Below, piece after piece: positions 18,520 through 28,378 of a DNA stretch of 64,000 nt; positions within the stretch are counted from its first letter, which is position 1, and every line of letters starts with the position of its first letter. The stretch spans positions 43,028 through 107,027 of the forward strand of contig JAGVOT010000038.1 of NCBI GenBank assembly GCA_020052615.1, written 5' to 3'. Both the position numbers and the translations under genes were made by a program. The DNA is from Nitrospirota bacterium. Its GTDB lineage: Bacteria > Nitrospirota > UBA9217. The notes under the pieces are model-generated. The model saw nothing but the letters and a program-made list of their open reading frames with translations, ran no database searches and was not told where the DNA came from.

Positions 18520-19090
18520 TTAAACGTGTGAATCCGTATTTTGTTCCCTGATATATTTTGTTAATTTATGCAGTTCTACTGTCGCCCTGGCTATGCGGGA
18601 TATGACCGTCCCGATTGAAATATCAAGGGTCTCCCGATTTCCTCATAAGACAGCTCTTCAATCTCTTTTAGAACAATGATCGCCCGCAATTTCGGTGACA
18701 ATTTGGCGAGGCTTTCCTGGAGAGCTTGGCCCATTTGTTTTGACTGGTAAAACCGACCTTCAGATGCTCTTTCCCCCGTCGATAAACAGATCGGCATTAA
18801 ACTTTGCCGGCCTGCACCCGCGTTTGCCTCCGTCTCTCCATTGTTCTGCTAATTTGACATCGGTGCAGGGGTCAAGCTCACCCATATCGGCAGCACTGAC
18901 TCTATAGGCACTTTGTGATCGCGGGGCTCTCTGCCCAGAAGGAAAGAATCTTTGGCAAGACGAAGGCAAAAAGCTTTGCGTGCGCGTGCAGGGGCCCATG
19001 CCTTGCGGAGGAGAAGTAATAGTGCCGGATTTCAGAATAATCCGCTTTGTTGAGTCTCAGGTCATCATACTGTGCTTTGGAAGAGAAAGT
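18520..19090 (-). pseudogene. eroded ECF (sigma-70 family) sigma factor
   Basis: Region 4 is recognisable (LSPKLRAIIVLKEIEELSYEEIG | ETLDISIGTVISRIARA) but is split by a 1-nt frameshift near 18627-18638. The same frame has an in-frame TAG at 18849-18851. The N-terminal part is open only in another frame. Confidence 0.55.
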
Positions 19091-19102
19091 ATCTCATGCC
19101 GG

Positions 19103-20359
19103 TCAAAGCCGCGTCAACATACCATACAATCGTCTGTCAACCTCATCTATGAGCTCTTTAAAGAGCCCGCCATGGCTCTTTGAGCGAGAGAATAACTCTT
19201 CTCTGATTATCTGAATTTCCGGGTCGTCGCATCGTTCATAAGTGATATGAGAGTATTGCATGACAAACCGTTCCCGTACCAGGAGGCGCTCCGCTTTTTC
19301 GACAAAAGGCAGCAGCAACTCCCTGATGCTCTCCAGGCTTCCGTCCAAATCAGGGATGTTGTGTTTCCCGTTATGCATCCCCAGGAGTTCTGCAAGCTCG
19401 CTCACCATGATATACAGTGTACAATATTCAAGGCCTCGCACGCCGCGCCTCCATTGCAGAAGCATGGAATTCCGCCAGTACCAGAGAAAGTTTCGTACCC
19501 CGAGGTCGATGAGTCCGCCTACCGCGGTCTCAAACTCCGACATCAGGGGATGATGCGATGCCCTCCGACCCTGTTCGCACCGGCTTTCGGGCATGGCCGG
19601 CTCGACATCACGGTGATCGTGGCCCAGGTATTGCCAGAGATTCTTCAACGCGATCGCCCCGTTGCTGTCTCCAGGCGTATCAAAATGAACGAGGGATAAG
19701 ATCACCTTTCCCTCGCCGTACCGCCCCTCGATAACAGCTGGCTCGCCGATTAAGCGTTTAGGATCGAGGTTGATCTGATAGACCTCCTCCAGGTCCTTCC
19801 AGCTGCCGGTCGACATCCCATCCTCAACATTGACATCGGAGGTAAAGGCATCGGGGAGCGCTTCGCCGTAGGCCGCCAGCACCTTGACGCTTTCATTCAC
19901 TATGAACTGGGACGGCCACCATGCATGAAAGATCGGCTCACCAACGCCCTTCCACAGGTCATGGTCCTGTGAAATGAGACGGATCCGTCCACTGAAGCTC
20001 GGCACCCGCTCCTTCGTCGGTCTTCTCGTGACTGGTACGAGCCCGATGCCGTCCTGCGTGGCGAGTCCCGCACCACCGCAGAAACCAAGATAATTTCCGC
20101 CCTGACCAACGAACTTTCGGATCGCGCTTGTCCCTTCTTCTCCCAAGACCTTTACCTTGTTCGATGCCCATCCGCCGGGAACGAAGATCGTCCGGTAGTC
20201 TGCGAGAGCGCCGTTCCTGATGTCCCCTGCACGTATCAGTTCAAAAGGAAGCCTGGACGCCTTAAGGGATTTGTAGGCCATCACGCCCCACAGGAAGGAC
20301 TCATCCCAAAGGAAAGCAACGCGCCCGGCCTGGGTCTCAGATCGTGAATTTGTTCTCAT
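19103..20359 (-). CDS. uncharacterised class-I glutamine-amidotransferase-like (BPL_N-type) protein
   Basis: The N-terminal half (YRTIFVPGGWASN...GGNYLGFCGGAGLA) matches the GATase1/BPL_N fold. I do not recognise the C-terminal ~200 aa. It overlaps the 3' end of cbiGH by 23 nt. Confidence 0.5.
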   Translation of the reverse strand: MRTNSRSETQAGRVAFLWDESFLWGVMAYKSLKASRLPFELIRAGDIRNGALADYRTIFVPGGWASNKVKVLGEEGTSAIRKFVGQGGNYLGFCGGAGLATQDGIGLVPVTRRPTKERVPSFSGRIRLISQDHDLWKGVGEPIFHAWWPSQFIVNESVKVLAAYGEALPDAFTSDVNVEDGMSTGSWKDLEEVYQINLDPKRLIGEPAVIEGRYGEGKVILSLVHFDTPGDSNGAIALKNLWQYLGHDHRDVEPAMPESRCEQGRRASHHPLMSEFETAVGGLIDLGVRNFLWYWRNSMLLQWRRGVRGLEYCTLYIMVSELAELLGMHNGKHNIPDLDGSLESIRELLLPFVEKAERLLVRERFVMQYSHITYERCDDPEIQIIREELFSRSKSHGGLFKELIDEVDRRLYGMLTRL

Positions 20360-22127
20360 ACCCTCTCGGTGTTATCATCAGATGATTCCATACAAATGTT
20401 CTTGAGTTGCCGATGATCACGGTTGTCTGCATATCGACGTCTGTATCCAGCATGCTCCCAAGGTCCGCCACAATGACCATCTCCTGCTCACGCATCGCGC
20501 CCTTGACAATACCCACGGCAGTTTTCGGCTCCCGGTGCTTCAGGATGATCTCCCGCGCCCGGTTGAGATGGCCTGCCCGGCCTTTGCTCCGCGGATTGTA
20601 CAGGACGATGACGAAGTCTGCTGCGGCGGCTGCATCAAGACGCTTCTCGATCATTTCCCAGGGCGTCAGGCGGTCCGAAAGGCTAATGCAGGCAAAATCA
20701 TGCATCAGGGGGGCTCCGAGCCGGGATGCGCTGGCATTGAGGGCCGAGACGCCTGGAATAACTTCGACGACAGGCAGTGTCTCGATCTTTTCCTCAGTTG
20801 AGCGCAGAAGCTCGAACACGAGCCCGGCCATGGCATACACGCCGGGGTCGCCGCCGCTTATGATCGCGACCGTTTTCCCTTCCCGCGCAATATTGATCGC
20901 CTTACGGCACCGGTTCACCTCCTGCGTCATTCCTGTCGAGACAACCTCCTTGTCATGCAGAAGTTCCCGGATCAGATCGAGGTAGGTGCCGTAGCCAACA
21001 ATGACATCGGACCTTCCGATGGCGTTCCGCGCAGCAGGAGTAATATGGTCAAGGTTTCCCGGCCCGCTGCCGACGATGCGGATCATGCCTCTTGTTTCTT
21101 TTTCGCTCCGAACGCCCTTTTCTGCGACCGCCACGGTGACATTTCCTTTCTTCTGTTTAGCTGCGAGCAGCCTGTCCGTCCCGGCTGCGACGAGCGCCGC
21201 AGGTTCCGCGACGCCCTGAGCGCCTGTTGCCTTGAATACGACATCCGACCGATCAAGTCCTTCCACGCGGTTCAACTCATCAGCCCCGAAGGTGCGGAAG
21301 GCGAACGCATATTTCTCGGCAAAGGCCCGCAGGCCCGGCTCGTTGCCCTTGATGTCAATGGTCGCGAGCGAACGGATCGACCGGAATGACAGATTGTGCT
21401 CGTCGAGCGACTGCCGCACGGCGCTCTCGATCTCGTCCTGCGACGTGCCGCTGTTGCACCCGATGCCGATGACAAGGTTCCTCGGCCTGAGATAGAGCTG
21501 CCCCTTCAAGCGGCAGGTTTCGACTGAGCAGTCGTCACCCGCGACTGCGCACGCCGAAGACCCTGCATAGGCATTCTGCAGGTTCGAGATGACCACGTCC
21601 GCGAACCGCGGCTCCGCCACACGGAGGAACTCAGCAGGGAGATCGATGTCACTGTCAGCATAGACCCGCAGCGCGCCATTGTTCACGAACCGCGTGCCGA
21701 TCTGCGGAAGAAGACCCCAGTCCTCTACAACAAGGTCATGGTCCCTGGCCCAGAGATCGAGCGACGGAAGACCGTTCACGTCCGACGCCGTGGTGATGAC
21801 CGCCTCGCCGCCCAGGAACGCCGCAAGCTCGCGCGCCAGATCGTTTGCGCCGCCGAGGTGGCCTCCTGACAGGCTTATGGCGTGCTTCCCCGCCTCATCA
21901 AGCACGATGACCGCCGGATCGGTCCGCTTGCCCTTGAGCAGCGGCGCAGTGGTCCGCACAACGATACCGGAAGCCATGATGAACACCAGTGCCCCGCTCC
22001 TCCGCCACAGGTCTTCGACAACAGCAGGCTCGTATTTCACGATTTCCGCGTCAGGCGAGAAGGACTTCAGCCTCTCCGCAAGCCTGAAGCCGCTATCGGT
22101 AATGTACAGAATTGCCGTTTCTCTCAT
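20337..22127 (-). CDS. cbiGH: CbiG / CbiH fusion (cobalt-precorrin-5A hydrolase + cobalt-factor III C17-methyltransferase)
   Basis: 596 aa. The N-terminal ~340 aa are CbiG-like. The C-terminal part (MIRIVGSGPGNLDHITPAARNAI..VIVGYGTYLDL) is a tetrapyrrole methylase of CbiH/CobJ type. Confidence 0.85.
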   Translation of the reverse strand: MRETAILYITDSGFRLAERLKSFSPDAEIVKYEPAVVEDLWRRSGALVFIMASGIVVRTTAPLLKGKRTDPAVIVLDEAGKHAISLSGGHLGGANDLARELAAFLGGEAVITTASDVNGLPSLDLWARDHDLVVEDWGLLPQIGTRFVNNGALRVYADSDIDLPAEFLRVAEPRFADVVISNLQNAYAGSSACAVAGDDCSVETCRLKGQLYLRPRNLVIGIGCNSGTSQDEIESAVRQSLDEHNLSFRSIRSLATIDIKGNEPGLRAFAEKYAFAFRTFGADELNRVEGLDRSDVVFKATGAQGVAEPAALVAAGTDRLLAAKQKKGNVTVAVAEKGVRSEKETRGMIRIVGSGPGNLDHITPAARNAIGRSDVIVGYGTYLDLIRELLHDKEVVSTGMTQEVNRCRKAINIAREGKTVAIISGGDPGVYAMAGLVFELLRSTEEKIETLPVVEVIPGVSALNASASRLGAPLMHDFACISLSDRLTPWEMIEKRLDAAAAADFVIVLYNPRSKGRAGHLNRAREIILKHREPKTAVGIVKGAMREQEMVIVADLGSMLDTDVDMQTTVIIGNSRTFVWNHLMITPRGYENKFTI

Positions 22128-22139
22128 TCCGCATTCTTC

Positions 22140-22898
22140 CTACTTTCGGTACTCATGCTTATAATCCTTATGGTACAGTTTTGACTCTTTTCCCAGGGAG
22201 AGCTCCGACGCCCGGAGCGATTCCCCCACATAGATCAGCGCTGTCTTCCTGATATCTGCGTCCTGCACAAGAGCGGAGATGTCCGCCAGCGCGCCCCTGA
22301 TGACCTTCTGGCCGGGCCACGTTGCCTTCTCAATGATCACGACGGGCGTATTCCCGGGATAGCCCTGCAGCAACTCATCCCTCACCTTTTCGATCATGCC
22401 GACGCTCAGGAAGATCACCATGGTCGCGCAATGCGAAGCCAGAAAACCCAGCCGCTCGGATGCAGGGACCGGGGTCCTGCCCTCCATCCGGGTAAAGATG
22501 ACGGTTTGGCTTATCTCGGGGATGGTCAGTTCCTGCCCGAGGATCGCAGCGCCTGCCATGGCCGATGACACGCCGGGGACGACCTCATACGCAATATTCA
22601 GCTCACGGAGCCTTTCGATCTGCTCCGATATGGCGCTGTAGAACGACGTGTCTCCCGTATGCAGCCGGACGACCGACTTACCGTTCTCCACAGCCTTGCG
22701 CATGATCGAAATGATCTCTCCAAGGTCCATCTTCGCTGAATCATGGATCTCCGCCTTGATTCCGCTGAGCAGTGCCGGGTTCACAAGGCTGCCTGCGTAG
22801 ATCACCACGCCGGCGCCATCAAGCGCTTTTCTGCCCTTCACGGTGATAAGCTCCGGGTCTCCGGGTCCTGCTCCGACAAAGATGATCTTTGCGCTCAT
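22140..22898 (-). CDS. cbiF: cobalt-precorrin-4 C11-methyltransferase
   Basis: IIFVGAGPGDPELITVKGRKAL...VIYAGSLV is typical CbiF/CobM. Confidence 0.85.
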   Translation of the reverse strand: MSAKIIFVGAGPGDPELITVKGRKALDGAGVVIYAGSLVNPALLSGIKAEIHDSAKMDLGEIISIMRKAVENGKSVVRLHTGDTSFYSAISEQIERLRELNIAYEVVPGVSSAMAGAAILGQELTIPEISQTVIFTRMEGRTPVPASERLGFLASHCATMVIFLSVGMIEKVRDELLQGYPGNTPVVIIEKATWPGQKVIRGALADISALVQDADIRKTALIYVGESLRASELSLGKESKLYHKDYKHEYRK

Positions 22899-23614
22899 CG
22901 TTTCCTCACGATCACAAGTGAAAAATAGCTCCGGTCCCCGTCACGCACGCTTTCAATATCCTTGCACACCCGCTCATCGTCCATGCCGGCACGGGCGACA
23001 TAGACCGCGTTCTTCGCGAGACCCGTCCGGATGAGCGTGTCCTTGATCGCATCGAACACTTTGTTCACCTTCATCAACACCACGGTGTCGAACTTCTCCA
23101 GCGTCTCCTGCAGGTTTTCGAGATAGTTCGCCGGAAGAATGGCGATGCGATCGTTGCCGAGGCCAAGGGACAGTCCCGAACGCGCCGCGGCGGCATTGAC
23201 GGAGGAGATTCCCGGAACAAACTCGATGGCAAGTGATGGTCTGCGCGCCAGCAGACGATCGTAAAGATAGAAGAAGGTGCTGTAGATGGCCGGATCGCCG
23301 ATGGTAATAAAGGCTGCGTCGATGCCGGTATCCAGCCGCGTCAGCACTTCGTGAACGATATCGTCCCACTTCGCATCAAGCTCGCCGCTATCAGCGTCTC
23401 CCCGCGTCTTCATCATAGGGAAATAGGCCTCCACAATCTCTTTGCCGTCAAGGGACAGCGCTTTCCGCGCGATCGAAAGAGCAAGGCTGCTGCCTTCCTC
23501 CCGTCCCTTTGGCACGATAATGCAGGGGACCTCTCTTAAGACCCTTACCGCCTTGAGGGTCAAAAGCTCCGGATCCCCCGGCCCGATGCCGACCACGAAT
23601 AACCGTCCAGTCAT
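22895..23614 (-). CDS. cbiL: cobalt-factor II (precorrin-2) C20-methyltransferase
   Basis: LFVVGIGPGDPELLTLKAVRVL plus the CbiL/CobI size and position. Confidence 0.8.
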   Translation of the reverse strand: MTGRLFVVGIGPGDPELLTLKAVRVLREVPCIIVPKGREEGSSLALSIARKALSLDGKEIVEAYFPMMKTRGDADSGELDAKWDDIVHEVLTRLDTGIDAAFITIGDPAIYSTFFYLYDRLLARRPSLAIEFVPGISSVNAAAARSGLSLGLGNDRIAILPANYLENLQETLEKFDTVVLMKVNKVFDAIKDTLIRTGLAKNAVYVARAGMDDERVCKDIESVRDGDRSYFSLVIVRKR

Positions 23615-23615
23615 A

Positions 23616-24908
23616 TCAGCCTCGCTCGCCTTTTACGATGAACACGGGATTCATCGCGCTCATCATTCTCTTGCCCGCGACGATCTTCGACCGTGACACG
23701 GAGACCTCGGACACGTCAGCTGCAAAGCCAAAGCGTTCCAGCGCGGCAATGCCTTCCTGGAGCGTTTCCAGGGTTGCAGCGTTGATCACGATGATCCCCG
23801 CCTCCATCTTCCTGCTCGCCAACTCCACGATCTCCGCGAGCCTGCCGCCGCTCCCGCCGATGAATACCCGGTCCGGTGCTGCAAGGTCCGTCAGCGCGTC
23901 GGGAGCCGGGCCCTCTACGATCCTCAGGTTTCGCGCGTCGAACTTCATCTTGTTGGCCCTGATGCGTGTCGTCTGCACCTCATCGCGCTCCACGGCAATG
24001 ACCGTAAGGCCGGGCGCGAGCCTCGCCGCCTCGATCGCCACGGAACCCGAGCCCGCGCCGATGTCCCACAGAAGGCCTTGCATCGGAAGCCTCAGCTTGT
24101 GGATCGATACGGCACGGACGTCATCCTTCGTGATCATGCCGTCGCGGTGCTCCAGTTCGTCCTCACGCAGCCCGAAGCCGATCTCCCGGCTCCGCTCACC
24201 CGATGCCGTCCGCAGGATGATCATCACGTTCGGCTCGGGAAACGTCATTCCCGCCGCTTCGCCGACCGTTCCCGTCCATATGCGCTCATCATCATATCCG
24301 AGCCGCCCGCAGACATAAAGCGTGATGCCGTCCCGCACCTCAGTTGGCGCGGTCCCGATCTCGCCGGCGATAAGGGCAGGATTGTTCTGCCGGTCGGTCA
24401 GGACCGCAATCTTGGGATACTTCCGCATCAGCCAGGGGATGTCCTTCACCTCATACGGCAGCGCGCGGCGTTTCGCGATCTCCGGCCCGCCGTGCACGCT
24501 GATGCAGAACGCGTCATCCCAGGGTGCGTTGATCCGGGCAAAGGCCTCCTGCATGCTCGACAGGTCGGGAATGATCTCGATCCGCTCCTTGCCGAACTCC
24601 TCGACCATCCGCCTGCCGATGCCGAAGAACAAGGGATCGCCCGAAGCAAGAAGCACGAGAGATCCGGATGCGTCAGGAGAGATCCGTTCCCTGATATGCG
24701 CAATGGTCCCCGGCACGCTATCGATGACCTGGATGCGGTCCTTGACCGCTTCATACTCATCATAGCGTTTGAAGACATCAAGAAGCCGTGAAGAAGCGAG
24801 CAGGACCCCTGCGCTCTTCACGACCACGTGCGCGCGCGCGCTCAACGGACGATAGCCGATCCCGACGAGGGAGAGCTTATTCGCTTTCTGCAATGATGTC
24901 TCCTTCAT
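23616..24908 (-). CDS. cbiET: CbiE/CbiT fusion (cobalt-precorrin-6B/7 C5,C15-methyltransferase, decarboxylating)
   Basis: 430 aa. N-terminal tetrapyrrole methylase half. The C-terminal half has the SAM-MTase motif LWDIGAGSGSVAIEAA. Confidence 0.85.
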   Translation of the reverse strand: MKETSLQKANKLSLVGIGYRPLSARAHVVVKSAGVLLASSRLLDVFKRYDEYEAVKDRIQVIDSVPGTIAHIRERISPDASGSLVLLASGDPLFFGIGRRMVEEFGKERIEIIPDLSSMQEAFARINAPWDDAFCISVHGGPEIAKRRALPYEVKDIPWLMRKYPKIAVLTDRQNNPALIAGEIGTAPTEVRDGITLYVCGRLGYDDERIWTGTVGEAAGMTFPEPNVMIILRTASGERSREIGFGLREDELEHRDGMITKDDVRAVSIHKLRLPMQGLLWDIGAGSGSVAIEAARLAPGLTVIAVERDEVQTTRIRANKMKFDARNLRIVEGPAPDALTDLAAPDRVFIGGSGGRLAEIVELASRKMEAGIIVINAATLETLQEGIAALERFGFAADVSEVSVSRSKIVAGKRMMSAMNPVFIVKGERG

Positions 24909-25968
24909 AGGACACGAGATGGACAGAAACGGGAATTCCCTGCGTTTCCCGCTGACAGTAGCCCTGCGCCGCGCCGCACACCGCCCTCATGGCCGGCAGC
25001 GGGTCCGGCAGCTCGCCGCGAATGAATTCGAGTATCTCCCGAGAGGTATTGTACGATGCGCCTCGCGGGAGATCTATTCCCAGCGTGACCAGGAAGTCTT
25101 TCGCAGCCTCCGCCTCCAGCGCGCCATGGCGCACATGGGTCTGGGGCGTGCCCATTCCGATCTTGATCATCTTGGCCCACTGGGCGCAGAGATGCACCTT
25201 GCTGAACCCGTGTTTCGCTGCGTCGCGTAGGGCATATTCCGTGTAATCGCCCATCATGGCATAGGCCTCCACGGGCAAGCCGTACTTTCGCTGATGGGCT
25301 TTCTCCGACGTTCTGCCGGTGGATATCACGACCTCGTTCAAACCGAGCGCCTTCGCTACGTCGAAGGACGCCGTAACGGTCGCCGTCCAGGCCGCCCCGG
25401 AAAGCGGCCGAACAATGCCCGTGGTGCCCAGAATCGATATCCCGCCAATGATGCCGAGCCGATGATTCAGGGTTTTCTTCGCCAGCTCTTCTCCGGCGGG
25501 AACCGAAATAGTGACCTCTACCTGCGGAGCGTCGGAACCGCATTCGCGAACGGCTTCCTGCACGGCATCGCGGATCATTCTCCTGGGCACGGGATTGATT
25601 GCAGGTTCACCTGCCGGTATTGCAAGACCCGGCTTCGTGACCCTGCCGACACCAATGCCGCCCTGTATCACTATTCCGGGACCTTCCGCGATCCGCACAG
25701 AGGCTGCGATCTCCGCACCGTTCGTGATATCGGGATCGTCGCCCGCGTCCTTCACAATCGAAGCCGTTGCGACGCCTTTTCCCTCCTGCAGCCTGAACTC
25801 CGGCCGCTGAACGTTGAACGCAACACGGCTGCCGTCGGGAAAGGGGATCTCCACGGTTTCACTGATCGCCCCTTTTCGCAGGAGAATGCAGGTCGCCGCC
25901 TTCGCTGCCGCTGCAGCGCATGCGCCGGTGGTGTATCCGGACCGGAGCTTTTTACTTTTCGATTCCAC
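24877..25968 (-). CDS. cbiD: cobalt-precorrin-5B C1-methyltransferase
   Basis: LRSGYTTGACAAAAAKAA near the N-terminus is the CbiD hallmark. Confidence 0.9.
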   Translation of the reverse strand: MESKSKKLRSGYTTGACAAAAAKAATCILLRKGAISETVEIPFPDGSRVAFNVQRPEFRLQEGKGVATASIVKDAGDDPDITNGAEIAASVRIAEGPGIVIQGGIGVGRVTKPGLAIPAGEPAINPVPRRMIRDAVQEAVRECGSDAPQVEVTISVPAGEELAKKTLNHRLGIIGGISILGTTGIVRPLSGAAWTATVTASFDVAKALGLNEVVISTGRTSEKAHQRKYGLPVEAYAMMGDYTEYALRDAAKHGFSKVHLCAQWAKMIKIGMGTPQTHVRHGALEAEAAKDFLVTLGIDLPRGASYNTSREILEFIRGELPDPLPAMRAVCGAAQGYCQRETQGIPVSVHLVSYEGDIIAESE

Positions 25969-26470
25969 GCCGCGCCTTCACTCCCTGCTTCCCGTAGTGT
26001 TTGATCTCTCGCATCTCCGTTACGAGGTCTGCCGCGTCCATCACCTTCTTGTCCGCGTACCGGCCCGTGATCACCAGTTCAACACCAGTGGGCTTCCCCT
26101 CGATCAGGTCGAGCAGGTCCCGAACAAGGATCAGCCCATAGTGCGCCGCCACGTTTGCTTCGTCGAGGATCACCAGATCATACCTCTCGGAGATGACGGC
26201 CTTGCGGGCGCTCTCGATTCCCTTTTGCGCTGTCCTGACATCCGCCGCCGAAGACTTTCTCCCCAGGAGAAGACCGTCCCCGAACTGCCGAATGGTTATC
26301 ATCCCGCCAAACGCTTCGAGGGCTGCATGCTCGCTGCATCTTCTCTTCTTGATGAACTGCGCCATGAACACCGTGAGCCCTGCGCCCGCGGCACGGACCG
26401 CGAGCCCCAGCGCCGCCGTGGTTTTGCCCTTGCCGTTCCCGGTGTAGACCTGGACGTATCCTCTACGCAT
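25952..26470 (-). CDS. cobO: cob(I)yrinic acid a,c-diamide adenosyltransferase
   Basis: GYVQVYTGNGKGKTTAALGLAVRAAG is the CobO/BtuR P-loop. Confidence 0.9.
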   Translation of the reverse strand: MRRGYVQVYTGNGKGKTTAALGLAVRAAGAGLTVFMAQFIKKRRCSEHAALEAFGGMITIRQFGDGLLLGRKSSAADVRTAQKGIESARKAVISERYDLVILDEANVAAHYGLILVRDLLDLIEGKPTGVELVITGRYADKKVMDAADLVTEMREIKHYGKQGVKARRGIEK

Positions 26471-27314
26471 GATGACCCGTCATTGTCTTGATGATCTCCC
26501 GCCGCGCTTCGCCGACCGTAAGGGGAATCTTATCGAAAAGCATTCCGTCCTCGTTCTTAAGCCGATAGATCAGCTCTGCGATGTGGGGGAGTCTGAGCTT
26601 CACCTGCGCCATGTCATCAGGCGCAGTAAACACCTCGGCCGGCGGTCCGCCGCGGACAATGCGCCCTTTGCTCAGGATGTATAGCCGGTTGAGGAACAGG
26701 GGGACCAGGTCCACGCTGTGGGTCGCCATCACGATGGCGACCCCCTGCTCCTGGTTCAATTTGGTCAGCAGGTCCATCATTTTGTATTCGCCCATGGGGT
26801 CCAGGCCCGCCGTCGGTTCATCGAGCAGCAGGATCTCGTGTCCCATGGCCAGAAGACCGGCGATGCAGATCCGCTTTTTCTGTCCGAAGCTCAGATGGTG
26901 GATCGACTTCCGCGCGAGGCCTTCCATCTCCACGGCTTTCAGGGCGCTGTTCACGCGCCGGGCGACCTCGTCCGCGCCAAAACCCATGTTCACGGGTCCG
27001 AAAGCAACATCCTCGGACACCGTGGGAGCAAAGAGCTGCTCGTCCGGGTTCTGGAACACCAAACCCACCTTTGCGTAGATCTCTTTTGGCGATAGTTTCC
27101 TGATCTCCTTCCCGTCCAGCAGGACCGTTCCCCGGTACTCCCGCACCAGCCCGTCCATTACTTTCAGGAGGGTCGTTTTTCCGGAGCCGTTCGAGCCCAG
27201 GATGCCGATGAACCCGCCCCGGTGCAACTCGAGCGCGATATTCTGCAAGGCCTGCGTTCCATCCGCGTAGGAGAAGGATTCCAGCGACACCGCCAGTCTC
27301 ACAGTATTTTCCAT
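26463..27314 (-). CDS. cbiO: cobalt ECF transporter ATPase
   Basis: Walker [13 protein letters not shown], signature LSFGQKKRICIAGLL, Walker B LLLDEPTAGLDP. Adjacent to cbiQ, cbiN and cbiM. Confidence 0.9.
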   Translation of the reverse strand: MENTVRLAVSLESFSYADGTQALQNIALELHRGGFIGILGSNGSGKTTLLKVMDGLVREYRGTVLLDGKEIRKLSPKEIYAKVGLVFQNPDEQLFAPTVSEDVAFGPVNMGFGADEVARRVNSALKAVEMEGLARKSIHHLSFGQKKRICIAGLLAMGHEILLLDEPTAGLDPMGEYKMMDLLTKLNQEQGVAIVMATHSVDLVPLFLNRLYILSKGRIVRGGPPAEVFTAPDDMAQVKLRLPHIAELIYRLKNEDGMLFDKIPLTVGEARREIIKTMTGHHA

Positions 27315-28054
27315 ACCGCCCCCATGACCAGGAGAGAGAAGATAGACAACACGATCTCCGACGATTTGAACGGTCTGTGCATGAGCGCCGGCAAGGTCCC
27401 ATCGTAGCCTCGCTGCACCATGGCAACGGTGGTGCTCTGGCTGTGATCAAAGGCCCTGATCGTGAGCGATCCCGCAAGCGTTCCGAAGGAGCCGAGGCCC
27501 CGTCCGACCGTTGAATAGCCAAGACGGTTCTTCTGCGCCTGATAGATGACCATCGCATCCTCAAACAGCACGAACACATACCGGTAGGCGAACATCAATA
27601 TTTCGATGAAGCCCCCCGGCACCCGAAGCCATGAAAGCCCTGCCATGAACTCGTTGAACGGCGTGGCGAATCCGAGCAAAGAGACGACGGAAACCGCTCC
27701 CATGATCCTCGACGCTATCTGCAGTCCCTCCACCAGCCCATCCTTGTGGCCGGCAATGCCGAGGCCCATGACATCAGCGGAAAAGAGCACCTCTTTTCCC
27801 GTGAACATCAGTTTGAGCAGGACCACCATTGCCGAGATGAACAAAGGCTCGGAAAATCTCAGGGCCACGGTGCGCGCTGGCGCGCCGATCACAACGCTCA
27901 GACAAAGACATGCCAGCAGAACGAATAAGGGAAAGAGCGCCCCCCCTGAGGTCAGCACCATGACAAGAACGGTCAGCGCGACCAGAAGCTTGAGCCGCGC
28001 GTCAACATGCTCCAGCATATGAGGATACCGAGTATGGGTGTTCAGAACATGCAT
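27299..28054 (-). CDS. cbiQ: cobalt ECF transporter T component
   Basis: 251-aa polytopic protein located between cbiN and cbiO. Confidence 0.8.
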   Translation of the reverse strand: MHVLNTHTRYPHMLEHVDARLKLLVALTVLVMVLTSGGALFPLFVLLACLCLSVVIGAPARTVALRFSEPLFISAMVVLLKLMFTGKEVLFSADVMGLGIAGHKDGLVEGLQIASRIMGAVSVVSLLGFATPFNEFMAGLSWLRVPGGFIEILMFAYRYVFVLFEDAMVIYQAQKNRLGYSTVGRGLGSFGTLAGSLTIRAFDHSQSTTVAMVQRGYDGTLPALMHRPFKSSEIVLSIFSLLVMGAVWKIL

Positions 28055-28378
28055 TCAATTTTCCTTCGATCCGGTCTCCGTCTTCCTGCCTGTGACGGAC
28101 GGCGATTTCTCGACCAATAGCACCCGCCAGTAATATCCCGCTGCAAAGCCCCCGACCGTTCCCGCGATCAGAAATACGAAAAGCAGGAGATCGCCCTGGT
28201 CCGTGTTGATCAACGGCTCATGCGCCTCCCGGCCGTGTTCTTTGGCGTATGTTCCGACCACTGACTCATCGACGCCTGGCCATTTCTCAGCGCAGAAGGC
28301 AAGGGGTTGAAGGATAAAAGCAATAAGCAGCACCGCGCAGGAAAAGCCCGGGATTTTCATTATTCCCCGGGTCTTCAT
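28055..28378 (-). CDS. cbiN: cobalt transport protein CbiN
   Basis: 107 aa with two TMs. EKWPGVDESVV...EPLINTDQGDLLLFVFLIAG is CbiN-like. Confidence 0.85.
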   Translation of the reverse strand: MKTRGIMKIPGFSCAVLLIAFILQPLAFCAEKWPGVDESVVGTYAKEHGREAHEPLINTDQGDLLLFVFLIAGTVGGFAAGYYWRVLLVEKSPSVTGRKTETGSKEN

